Below, piece by piece: positions 27,967-36,757 of a stretch of DNA of 64,000 nucleotides. Under the pieces are notes generated by a model. It was not told the origin of the DNA. It ran no database searches and worked only from the letters and a program-made list of their open reading frames with translations. The position numbers were made by a program, and so were the translations under genes. This DNA comes from an uncultured Acidobacteriota bacterium (GTDB taxonomy: Bacteria > Acidobacteriota > Terriglobia > Acidiferrales > UBA7541): assembly GCA_963804655.1 (NCBI GenBank), contig CAWDRE010000001.1, positions 311,747 to 375,746 of the forward strand. The letters are read 5' to 3'. The stretch's first letter is position 1. Every line of letters starts with the position of its first letter.

Positions 27967-30786
27967 TTAGTCGTCGAGAAGGCTGCCGTTTGGAGGGCCC
28001 GCCTGACCGGCTGGCGCGTTGCCTCCGAGCGAGACGAGCAGGCGGCGAAGTTTGGCGCGATCTTCCAGGTTCATGCCGACCATTTCGAATCCCGCTTGAT
28101 GGGAGCGGACGAAACGCACGACTGCCTGCATGCTGATGGAGCGCAGGCCGGCAGGAATTTTCAGCGTCGCTTCGGTACCGACCGGGAGTTGCAGTTCACC
28201 GCTCAGAAGGCCGCCATCGAGACTCAGTACGCTGATGGCCGAGGAATATTTCCCCTTCGCGGAGGTAACCACGGCGGGCACATTGCGCGGCAATCGAATT
28301 CGGCGATAGCGCCGGTGACGCACGAAATCGCGCTCGGGTATGGGATCGAGTGGGGCCAACTGTAAAACGTTCATATCCAGGCCCGATTGCGGAAGAAAAT
28401 TCTGAATCCATTCAGGATCGAGTTTGACGAGCGCTTGCGCCGCAGCCATGCGAATTTCATCGGGATAGACCCAACCGAAAGTCTTGCGCGCTTCGACAAA
28501 CCTGCGCAAATGGCCCACAGCCGCCGGCGCGCGCATGCGGCCGAGCGCCTCGATAGCTTTCACGCGGAGGTATTCCGGGCCTTGCGGCAGTATTTCGCCT
28601 TCGGCCAGACGCAGCAGCTTCGGCGCGGTATCCGCATCGCCGCACATGCCGATCTCATCCAGGGCGAGCGGCAGAATCATGACGTCAAACATTTCAAGCG
28701 AATCGGCGAGGAGCTTGCCGCGCTCAGGAGCGCCGGCGGTAGCAAGCTGACGGACCACGGCGTCGTGAAAACCGCGGCCGCCGTCGCGCAGGCGCCGCGG
28801 CAACAGTTCATCCACAGCTGCCGGATCGAGACGGCTCAATAATCCAGCGACGGTAGCGGCTTTTGCCGGGACATCGCTCTTGAAAGTTTCCTTGAGGTGA
28901 CGCACACAGGGAGCGCCCACTGATTTTGCGAGATGGACGATGCTTTCGCGCTCCGTGCGCCGGCAGGAGCGCGCCAAGCGAATCGAAAGGTGTTCAGCTG
29001 CGCCCTGCGGTACGCGCATCAGCACACCCACCAAGCCATCAGGCATTGACTCGGCGACCAGCGCTTCTTCGATGAATTCCGGGATGCGATTGTCCACACC
29101 GATGCGTGGGCGCAGGCTTTGCACCCAGCTGGGACGCGATTCTTCCAGGTCCGCGAGCGAGTCCAGAGACTGCTGCACGGCGCGGTAATAGCGTCGCGCC
29201 GCGGATTCCTGGCTGAGGCGCACGAAGGCAGCGCTCAGGAGCGTCTGCAGCTCCGCGTCTTTTTCAGCAGCCATCGCCTGGCCAATTTTCACCAGCGCAT
29301 CTTGCAGGCGCTGGCTCGCGGCTTTGCTGTAGAGCTCGGCGAGTTGACCCAGTCCGATAGCGGCTTTTCTGCGCGCCTCGGCGTCCTTATTGCTCACGCA
29401 CGATGCGTATTGCAGCAGGATGTCGCCGGCCGCGTCCGATTCACCGCGGCCCATCAACTCTTCGACGTATTGCTGCACGTTGCGCGGAGGGATGCACCAC
29501 GCTTCCGCAGACATGAGTACGGATTTCTTGCCCGATTCCGGCACGGCGGCCCAGAACTGCCGATCGAGGATGTCGGCGTGCGATTCCACCGACATTCCAG
29601 CGCTGGCCAGTTTCTCTTCGCGCGATTTCAAGAGTTTGCGAAGCGTATCGAGCTCATGACCCATGCGGTCCAGCATCTGGCGGACAGCGTTGACCTTCAC
29701 TTCGCCGCGCTGGTAGCGATCTATGGCAAAGCGAATGGCGAGATCTTCGGCAAGATGCAGCAGCGTGCCCTCGTCCAGTTTGGCTGACGGCGATTGCGCG
29801 GCTACAGTGGCGAGGGCCTGCTGCAGAGTAATTTTGGCGTTCTGCGGCAACGCGGAAATTTTCTGTTGCCACGACGAAGGATCCAGCCGCGGATTCTTGG
29901 CAACCTGCGCTTCGCCGAACTGCGCCAATAGTTTCAGCAGGCTCTGCAACTCGGCTTCCTCAAGTTTGCCGATTCCGCCGGAAAGGCCTGATACGCCGCC
30001 GCCCAACGCAACTGTGACGCTTCCCGCAAGACCCGGAACGCCGACAGCCAATTCCCCTCCGCCTCCTGAACCTGTTCCGCTCCCGGCGATTCCGCCGCTC
30101 GCCGATACACCGCCAGTTCCCGCTGCGCCGCCAGTGGCGGCCGTCCCAGAGCCTCCGGAAGCGCCGGGTCCACCGCCATGCGCGCCTTCCGCGGCGGTGA
30201 TGAGCTGAATCATTTTCTCAGGGCTGCGGAACCACTCCTGGATCCGGTCGGCATCCGCGCCGAGCGTCTTGGCCGTCAGCGTCGCTGCGACGCGCGCTTC
30301 CGAAAAGCCCGCATCTTCCGCGACGAAGCGGATTTCATTCACGCGAATTCCGCAATTATTCCGGTTGCCAAAATACGCTTCCAGGCGTTCGGACAGCGTT
30401 CCGGCCTTGGGGCCCGTTTCCATGAAGCATTTCACGAGATTGGCGAATTCGGAGCGCTCCACCCGGGGCAGAAAACCGATGCTGGCGACACCGGCAGCAT
30501 TCAGAAGATCGGCAAAACTGCGTTCCGCGGGGCTCGATTCGAGCGGGACGCCGTCGAGCAGGAGCTGCGACCCAGAGGCACCGAGGAGGAGCCCTCCATG
30601 CCCTGCGGCCTCTACTGCTGCCTGTAATTCGGTCCACGCAGAATCGAGTTGGCCGGCCGAGCGAGTGTGCTCTAAACCATAGAGCCGAGCATACTTAAGC
30701 AGGACATTCAGGCTGCGCACGAAGGCCCGAGCGTTTGGGATGGTAGGCTGCGGATGCACCGTGGATTCGCGAGAGACAGGCAGCAT
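27967..30786 (-). CDS. 939-aa HEAT-repeat protein with Gly-rich linker and C-terminal PilZ domain
   Basis: C-terminus RHRRYRRIRLPRNVPAVV...SVLSLDGGLLSG (PilZ RxxxR ... DxSxxG). HEAT-like units (LRVKAIEALGRMRAPAAVGHLRRFVE). The Gly/Ser/Ala tract covers residues about 203-275 (about 29960-30180). Confidence 0.75.
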   Translation of the reverse strand: MLPVSRESTVHPQPTIPNARAFVRSLNVLLKYARLYGLEHTRSAGQLDSAWTELQAAVEAAGHGGLLLGASGSQLLLDGVPLESSPAERSFADLLNAAGVASIGFLPRVERSEFANLVKCFMETGPKAGTLSERLEAYFGNRNNCGIRVNEIRFVAEDAGFSEARVAATLTAKTLGADADRIQEWFRSPEKMIQLITAAEGAHGGGPGASGGSGTAATGGAAGTGGVSASGGIAGSGTGSGGGGELAVGVPGLAGSVTVALGGGVSGLSGGIGKLEEAELQSLLKLLAQFGEAQVAKNPRLDPSSWQQKISALPQNAKITLQQALATVAAQSPSAKLDEGTLLHLAEDLAIRFAIDRYQRGEVKVNAVRQMLDRMGHELDTLRKLLKSREEKLASAGMSVESHADILDRQFWAAVPESGKKSVLMSAEAWCIPPRNVQQYVEELMGRGESDAAGDILLQYASCVSNKDAEARRKAAIGLGQLAELYSKAASQRLQDALVKIGQAMAAEKDAELQTLLSAAFVRLSQESAARRYYRAVQQSLDSLADLEESRPSWVQSLRPRIGVDNRIPEFIEEALVAESMPDGLVGVLMRVPQGAAEHLSIRLARSCRRTERESIVHLAKSVGAPCVRHLKETFKSDVPAKAATVAGLLSRLDPAAVDELLPRRLRDGGRGFHDAVVRQLATAGAPERGKLLADSLEMFDVMILPLALDEIGMCGDADTAPKLLRLAEGEILPQGPEYLRVKAIEALGRMRAPAAVGHLRRFVEARKTFGWVYPDEIRMAAAQALVKLDPEWIQNFLPQSGLDMNVLQLAPLDPIPERDFVRHRRYRRIRLPRNVPAVVTSAKGKYSSAISVLSLDGGLLSGELQLPVGTEATLKIPAGLRSISMQAVVRFVRSHQAGFEMVGMNLEDRAKLRRLLVSLGGNAPAGQAGPPNGSLLDD

Positions 30787-30881
30787 GTTGATCCTGTGGT
30801 CGAATGTACTAGGACGAGTGTTTACGCGTAAATGGTACGAAAGGTCTAAGGTTTCAGACTAACAACCGGGGAGGAATAGGC

Positions 30882-31436
30882 TTAGGAGGCCAGGCGGACC
30901 TCTATGTCTTCGCCTTCGAGCGCGGGGCGGATGCGGCGGATGACCTCGCTGGCCCAAAGTTTTTCACTGAGGAGAACCAGGGACCCGTCTTCGAAATTGC
31001 AGATCGCGCAGAAGACATAATTGGAGAATGCGCTGTGATACGCGTCCACGCCACGCCGCGCCAGTTCGCCTTCGAGTTCCGGATCGCCGCCAGCGAGTTT
31101 CTCACCGGCGCGCGCGCCGAATGTTTCCGACTGAAATCGGGCGATCAGCGGTTCGAGCGTGGCAAGCTCGGGAGCGGGAATCACCAGGCAGCGAGAGCTC
31201 GCTTCGCGGAAGGCGATCTCGTGACGCTGGCAATAATCGCGCACGCGATCCAGGTGGCTGAAAAAATCGAGCGCCCAGGATTCGGCAGCGGCCGTCGCGC
31301 GAAGTACGCGGCTCCAGATTCGCGCTGCATCGTCACCGCGGATGGGCTCGCGGTTTTCATCGGCTTCGGTGAGTTCCAGTCCGATGGCGCGAACGTCAGG
31401 TCCCAAATCGAGAGGTTCGATTTCGAGGAGGATCAT
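30882..31436 (-). CDS. hypothetical protein
   Basis: The ORF opens at 31535, but ATG 31436 (MILLEIEPLDLG...) begins 4 nt after the upstream gene's stop at 31441. Acidic, soluble, no recognisable motifs. Confidence 0.5.
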   Translation of the reverse strand: MILLEIEPLDLGPDVRAIGLELTEADENREPIRGDDAARIWSRVLRATAAAESWALDFFSHLDRVRDYCQRHEIAFREASSRCLVIPAPELATLEPLIARFQSETFGARAGEKLAGGDPELEGELARRGVDAYHSAFSNYVFCAICNFEDGSLVLLSEKLWASEVIRRIRPALEGEDIEVRLAS

Positions 31437-31440
31437 GCGC

Positions 31441-32046
31441 CTATTCTTCGGTGCCGGGGATGTCCGCTTCGAGGCCAGATGACGGAAATCTGCTCGTAAA
31501 ATCCGGAGATTGCTTACGGACTTCCAGCCAATCAAAAAACGCGTCCGGCGTTTCCAGCCAAATGCCGAACCAGTGCGCGATCTCTTCTTTTTCGGCGCGC
31601 TTATTGGCGTCCACCTTGTGGTTGCGCGAAATCATTTCCGCGCGACGACGCCCGAGACGGGCAACTTCGCGGACGCGCTCGGCGGCCGCTTGTTCGTTTT
31701 CGAGCAGGAATTTTCTCAACAGTTCGTCGAGGCGCACCAGGCACATTTCGGCTTCTTCCAGCGTGGAAAAATGAAGAAGATCGGTAAATTCCTCTTCGTA
31801 GCGGCCCTCCGTATCGGAACGCGTGGACCACACGACCTTCATCCCCGCTTCTTCGAGAACGCTGACAATATAATCCGGCGCGGTCTTGCCGTGCGCGCCG
31901 AGCTGCGCGATGAGTTGGCGGCGAATTTGCTCGATTTCCGCGGGAGTATAGCGAGGCTTAGCCAGGGCGCGCGCCGCTTCCAGAATCAACGCCTTCTTGG
32001 TAGGCGATCCCCCTTCCTCCGGCGCACGTGAGTGGCCGGGACTCAC
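31441..32046 (-). CDS. hypothetical protein, translationally coupled to mltG
   Basis: The GTG start (32046-32044) overlaps the mltG TGA (32045-32043) as GTGA. Helical, charged sequence (EEAEMCLVRLDELLRKFLLENEQAAAERVREVARLGRRRAEM). Confidence 0.55.
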   Translation of the reverse strand: MSPGHSRAPEEGGSPTKKALILEAARALAKPRYTPAEIEQIRRQLIAQLGAHGKTAPDYIVSVLEEAGMKVVWSTRSDTEGRYEEEFTDLLHFSTLEEAEMCLVRLDELLRKFLLENEQAAAERVREVARLGRRRAEMISRNHKVDANKRAEKEEIAHWFGIWLETPDAFFDWLEVRKQSPDFTSRFPSSGLEADIPGTEE

Positions 32047-33113
32047 GACGGACCTCGATGGGGTGCCGGCGTTTTCTTCTGCGCCGACTCGGTGGGGTCG
32101 TCGCCGGAGAGCAGCTTGCGGTAACGCGCAACGTTGCGATTGTGCTCCGCCAGAGTCTTGCTGAAAAAGTGGCCGCCATTGTCGTTCGCGACGAAATACA
32201 GGTAATCCGTGACAGCCGGCGTCAGCGCGGCGCGTAGCGACGCTTCGCCGGGATTCGCGATGGGCCCCGGTGGCAGACCCGGATTTTTGTACGTGTTGTA
32301 AGGAGAATCAACTTGCAGATCCTTGGAATGGACGACCTTTACCGGGTGGCCCTCGAGTTCAAGCGCGTACGCAACGGTGGGATCACACTGCAGGGGCCCG
32401 CCGCGTTTCAGGCGATTGTAGAACACTCCCGCCACCAGCGGGCGCTCGTCCTTGCGAGGCGTCTCGCGTTCGACCAACGACGCGAGAGTCACCACTTGGT
32501 CGGGTCCCAGGCCGGCCGGAAGACTCTGCGGCCCGGAAGTATTCAGCGATTCCCAGACCGCGCGAAAGTTCTGAACCATGCGCTTGACGATTTGCGGGCA
32601 AGTGGTGTGGCGCGTAAATTCATAGGTCGAAGGAAATAGAAACCCTTCGAGATTTTGCGCGTTCGGCGCTAAATCAGAAATCAGGGAGGCATCTTTGGCA
32701 GCAGCCAGGAAATCTTCGCGATTGCAGATGCCCTGGCGATCAAGTTCGGCTGCGATATTGAACATGGTCCAGCCTTCCGGTATCGTCACGGTGTGGACAA
32801 AAATTCTTCCCTGCGCGATTTGCCAGAACACTTCGCGCGATGTGACCGGATGATCGAAATAGTATTCACCGGCCTGCATCGGTGCGCGGAGGTGCCAAAT
32901 GCTGAAGAGTTCGAATGCCAGGCGATTGCGGATGACGTCATTGTGCCGCAGGATTCCCGAAATGCCCCAGCGCGATGTGCCGTGGGGAATATCCACGAAA
33001 ACCTGTTCAGGGCGGTGACCGCGGTACGGCCGGCTGATTTGTGAATCCAGCCAGCCTGCTCCGGCGCCGATTGCCGCGATGACCAGAAGAGCCAGAAGGC
33101 CGAGCCGCCGCAT
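32043..33113 (-). CDS. mltG: endolytic murein transglycosylase (YceG family)
   Basis: N-terminal anchor LGLLALLVIAAIGAG and YceG motifs TIPEGW, LASLVERE, VFYNRL, LQCDPTV, SPYNTY and GLPPGPIANPG. Confidence 0.9.
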   Translation of the reverse strand: MRRLGLLALLVIAAIGAGAGWLDSQISRPYRGHRPEQVFVDIPHGTSRWGISGILRHNDVIRNRLAFELFSIWHLRAPMQAGEYYFDHPVTSREVFWQIAQGRIFVHTVTIPEGWTMFNIAAELDRQGICNREDFLAAAKDASLISDLAPNAQNLEGFLFPSTYEFTRHTTCPQIVKRMVQNFRAVWESLNTSGPQSLPAGLGPDQVVTLASLVERETPRKDERPLVAGVFYNRLKRGGPLQCDPTVAYALELEGHPVKVVHSKDLQVDSPYNTYKNPGLPPGPIANPGEASLRAALTPAVTDYLYFVANDNGGHFFSKTLAEHNRNVARYRKLLSGDDPTESAQKKTPAPHRGPS

Positions 33114-33119
33114 AGCCGG

Positions 33120-33629
33120 TTATTCCCTCTCGCCCGCAACCTGCTCCGAGTGAGCGCGGATGCGGTCGAGATACTCGCGAAGGAGAACGGCGGCGGCCAC
33201 ATCGTCAATTGACGACTTCTTGCGCCGGTGAGGAGAACTGGACTGAGCCACGATTTGTGCGGCCTCCCAGGTGGTTAGCCGTTCATCCGCAAGTTTCACT
33301 TCGATTCCCAGGTCCTTTCGCAATCGCGCGGCAAACTGTGCGGCTTCCTCCGCCATTTCGCCGGCTTCTCCCGTTATGTGCAACGGGTGGCCCACGAGGA
33401 TACGCGCGACACCATGGTTTCTGCAAATGTCTCGCAGGCGGTGGACGTCGTTGCGACGATTCGTGCGTACGAGGGTGCACAGCGGCTGCGCGGTGATTTG
33501 CAGCTCGTCGGATATTGCCAGGCCCATTCTCTTCCGGCCATAGTCAACCGCCAGAATTCGGCGCGGTTCGGAATTAGGAATTTCCGCGGGAGCACTCCGG
33601 GTACCAGAACGCGCAGTGGCTGATGTCAT
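33120..33629 (-). CDS. ruvX: Holliday-junction-resolvase-like putative pre-16S rRNA nuclease (YqgF)
   Basis: RILAVDYGRKRMGLAISD...ILVGHPLHITGEAGEMAEE...DERLTTWEA. Confidence 0.9.
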   Translation of the reverse strand: MTSATARSGTRSAPAEIPNSEPRRILAVDYGRKRMGLAISDELQITAQPLCTLVRTNRRNDVHRLRDICRNHGVARILVGHPLHITGEAGEMAEEAAQFAARLRKDLGIEVKLADERLTTWEAAQIVAQSSSPHRRKKSSIDDVAAAVLLREYLDRIRAHSEQVAGERE

Positions 33630-33804
33630 CTTCCTCTATTATACGCGAACGCAAGCCCCTGGCTGAATACCGGCGGATGCGACTAGCGCCAGCGGCTTGC
33701 GGAGGGGTTCTTGCCAGCAGATACGACGTCTGTGCGATGCGCTGAGGATGATTGACGCACTGGCAGCGGGGGGCCGAACCAAATGAGGAATTCCGCGCTT
33801 TCCA

Positions 33805-35364
33805 CTAAGGCTGGCGACCACGCTCGCTTGTTTCCCAGAGCGGCCAGAATCCGGCTTCTTTCATGCCTTCGCCAAGCCCGGTATCGCGCAACAACTGTTC
33901 GATTTCCGCGCGGGACTGGCGCGTTCCGACGCGTTGCTCGGCATCGGCGAGGGCGAAAACCGTGACGGCGGAGATTGCTACCTGTTGCTTAAGCTGGGCG
34001 ATGTCCACCTTATCAAAGGTGTCGGATGCAGCGTGGTAGTTGAGCATGTAGTTCGCAGGTTCTTGATTCGCAACGAGTGTGGGAACGCCTTCGATGAGGA
34101 AATCGAAATTGTCGGTGTCCATGCTGGCATCCAGCGTGAAATCCTTGACGCCAAGCGACGCGACCGGCTCGAGCGCTTTGCGGAGCGGCTCGACAATATC
34201 CTTGCGGCCGCCGACCGAGTATCCGGTAACCTTTCCGTCTCCCGAATCGAAAATCACCGCAGCGATCATGCGATCGAGCTCCCCGCGGTGGGAGTGCGCG
34301 TAAGCGGCTGAGCCCAGCAATCCCTGCTCTTCTCCGGTGAAGAGAACGAAACGAATCGAGCGGCGCGGGATGGTGCCCGATGCGTGTATCACGCGAGCGG
34401 CATCAATCACCATCGCCGAGTTGCAGCCGTTATCGAGCGCGCCAGTGCCCAAATCCCAAGAATCCAGATGCGCGCCGAGCAAGACAAACTCGTCGGGCAT
34501 TTCGCGACCGCGAATTTCCGCGACCACATTTTCGGAATCCATCGGACCGGTAATGTGATTGGGCATTTCCCAATGCACGCGAAGCATCTGTCCGGCGGCC
34601 AGAAAACGCGCCATGCGTTCGGCGTCCTCGCGCGCTACCACGGCTTGCGGTAATTTTTCCAGCTCTCCATTGACTGCCAGAGTATGGCGATAGAGCAAGA
34701 GGTTCGGCCGCGACGACATCCACAGAACGCCGACAGCGCCTGCCTTCATCGCGCGGGCGATAATAGCGGGGCCGATCGAGTATTCATTGGTCAGATCGTC
34801 CCAGGTCACTAGAAATTTCGAATGAATGAGTACGATCGCGCCGTCGGCCGTTGCGCCAGCCTTCTTGAAGCCGGCTTCGTCTCCCATGCCCGCATCCACG
34901 ACATCTGTCGTGATTCCCCCTTCAGCAATTGCGGGCGACCATCCGATGGAAACCAATCGCACGGGAAATGAAACTGGCGTTAGAACTTCCAGATGGGTGT
35001 GGCCCTCGGTCCATCCCACTGGAATCGTGAATTTCTCCGTATGCACTTCGTCAACGTCGGCATTGCGGAATGCTTGAACCGCCCAATCCGCGGCGCGGTC
35101 CGCTGCAGGAGTTCCGGTGACACGCCCGCCAATCGTGTCGGTGAGGTAGCGGAGATTCTCTTCCAGAGGCGAGGGCCCCAAAGCGGACCGGATCATCTGC
35201 GGTGCCAATTCCGCGCAGGACTTTTCCACAGAGCAAGCTCCAGAACCCTGAGGGACTTGATGGGCGAGCGGCGGAGGTCTTAATGGCGGAATCTGAGCTG
35301 AAACAGCGACAGCCGAGAGCAATACACAGGCAACGGTCACTGGAATGTGAAGGATTGCACGCAA
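33805..35364 (-). CDS. secreted M28-family aminopeptidase with PA domain
   Basis: Signal peptide MRAILHIPVTVACVLLSAVAVSA and metal-ligand regions LLGAHLDSWDLGTGALDNG, FTGEEQGLLGS and NYHAASDTFDK. Confidence 0.85.
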   Translation of the reverse strand: MRAILHIPVTVACVLLSAVAVSAQIPPLRPPPLAHQVPQGSGACSVEKSCAELAPQMIRSALGPSPLEENLRYLTDTIGGRVTGTPAADRAADWAVQAFRNADVDEVHTEKFTIPVGWTEGHTHLEVLTPVSFPVRLVSIGWSPAIAEGGITTDVVDAGMGDEAGFKKAGATADGAIVLIHSKFLVTWDDLTNEYSIGPAIIARAMKAGAVGVLWMSSRPNLLLYRHTLAVNGELEKLPQAVVAREDAERMARFLAAGQMLRVHWEMPNHITGPMDSENVVAEIRGREMPDEFVLLGAHLDSWDLGTGALDNGCNSAMVIDAARVIHASGTIPRRSIRFVLFTGEEQGLLGSAAYAHSHRGELDRMIAAVIFDSGDGKVTGYSVGGRKDIVEPLRKALEPVASLGVKDFTLDASMDTDNFDFLIEGVPTLVANQEPANYMLNYHAASDTFDKVDIAQLKQQVAISAVTVFALADAEQRVGTRQSRAEIEQLLRDTGLGEGMKEAGFWPLWETSERGRQP

Positions 35365-35642
35365 GTCTGCGATTTCCTCGCTAATAGATCGTAGAGACGA
35401 GAGAGGAGTTTAACCCAAAAGCGGAATCGGTGGAGGAGTTCGTAATCCAATCCGCGATTCGGCCGGCGAAGTTAACTTGCGGTGAAATTCCGGCGATTGT
35501 CTGGGAGAAAATTCGCTGCGCTTTCTCACAGGCGGAACATTTTGCAGGTGCCGAGAACTTTCTACCTACGCGGGAGAAGACAAACCCAACTTTCGCCGCG
35601 GTTATCCTATTCATTTGTAGACAATTAAAATAAATATGGGTT

Positions 35643-35657
35643 TGGCACGGTGTCTGC
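35643..35657 (+). promoter_or_regulatory. candidate sigma-54 (-24/-12) promoter
   Basis: TGGCACGgtgtCTGC against the consensus TGGCACG-N4-TTGC, with correct GG/GC spacing. An AT-rich tract lies immediately upstream. About 200 nt upstream of the LuxR-type gene. Confidence 0.35.
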
Positions 35658-35853
35658 GACGGGCCAATGCCCCGGCTAGGGTGAACGCTGTACGGTACTT
35701 ACGCAATTACACGGGCGGACGCGACCTGCAGCACAGACCCTTACCAGAGCTACGGTAGAGAAGAACGGCTCCATCGACAGCGCGATATCGAAACAAAAAA
35801 TCAAAAAAGCTTTGCCGCATGCAGTCCTGGGCTAAGCGGACGGGAAGGCTAAT

Positions 35854-36495
35854 TTGAGAAAAGTTCGCGTATTTCCAAAACTCGTAAAACAAGAAACCAA
35901 GCAAGAGGCGAGCGTCCCTGATCTGTTCCTGTTCTGCCAGGCAGCCACTGGAAACGCTCAGTTTCGCGCCACATCCGGCGCGGATTTGGAGTGCACGGTG
36001 GAGCGCATCGCCGGTTTACTGGCGATGCAGTGCCTGGTGCGAGGTCAAAATCCAACCGAATTCCAAGTGATGGTTCCTGCGGATGATTCGTTGGTGGGTC
36101 GCCTCGTCGCGCGAGCGGAAGAGCTGCTGCAGGAAGGGCGCTCCATCGCGTGTCCCACGTCGCTAAGCGCCCGCCAGCGTGAGGTCTTGGACGCGGTTTT
36201 GTGCAATCGCGCCAACAAGGAAATTGCAGCGAAATTGAATATAACCGTGCGCACCGTGAAGTTCCATATCTCTTCTCTTTTGAGCAAGTTCGGTGTGGAG
36301 ACGCGCGCAGAGTTAGCGCGCCGCGCGTCCGGATTCATGCGCCCAACTCTTGTCGAAAACGATGCCACGACAGCGGAGCCAGCGGATAGGACGCACGGTC
36401 CGCTAGGATCTGCACCGATCGCACAGAGAGTGCCGTTCCCGATCTCAAATAAGCCACGGAGCGTGCGGTTTCCGGGACGCATCCTAACTGCGTAG
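35854..36495 (+). CDS. LuxR/FixJ-family HTH transcriptional regulator with uncharacterised N-terminal domain
   Basis: C-terminal HTH LSARQREVLDAVLCNRANKEIAAKLNITVRTVKFHISSLLSKFG. No receiver-domain motifs in the N-terminal 120 aa or so. TTG start is uncertain. Confidence 0.72.
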   Translation: MRKVRVFPKLVKQETKQEASVPDLFLFCQAATGNAQFRATSGADLECTVERIAGLLAMQCLVRGQNPTEFQVMVPADDSLVGRLVARAEELLQEGRSIACPTSLSARQREVLDAVLCNRANKEIAAKLNITVRTVKFHISSLLSKFGVETRAELARRASGFMRPTLVENDATTAEPADRTHGPLGSAPIAQRVPFPISNKPRSVRFPGRILTA

Positions 36496-36504
36496 TTCGC
36501 GAGA

Positions 36505-36540
36505 CGAGCGGGTTCGGGACGAGCTCCCGGAACCCGCTCG
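36505..36540. terminator. strong GC hairpin between convergent LuxR-type gene and rfbD
   Basis: CGAGCGGGTTC (36505-36515) pairs perfectly with GAACCCGCTCG (36530-36540). No clear U-tract on either strand. Confidence 0.35.
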
Positions 36541-36757
36541 CGCGGCGCTCGGGTTCTTCCGACGTCGGCGTATCTTTATCACAAAATGAGCGACCGTCTG
36601 CTCTCGTTGCCAGCCCAATAGTAATTGGTTCGACGCTACACCGGTAGTATGTAGATTTGCGGCTATTTTGGCGCTGACGCGGGAAGGCGGGAGTAATGGA
36701 AGTCGTAGTACCGGCATACCCTAATTTGAAGTACAGGATCGCATCGCGTCCCGCTCG

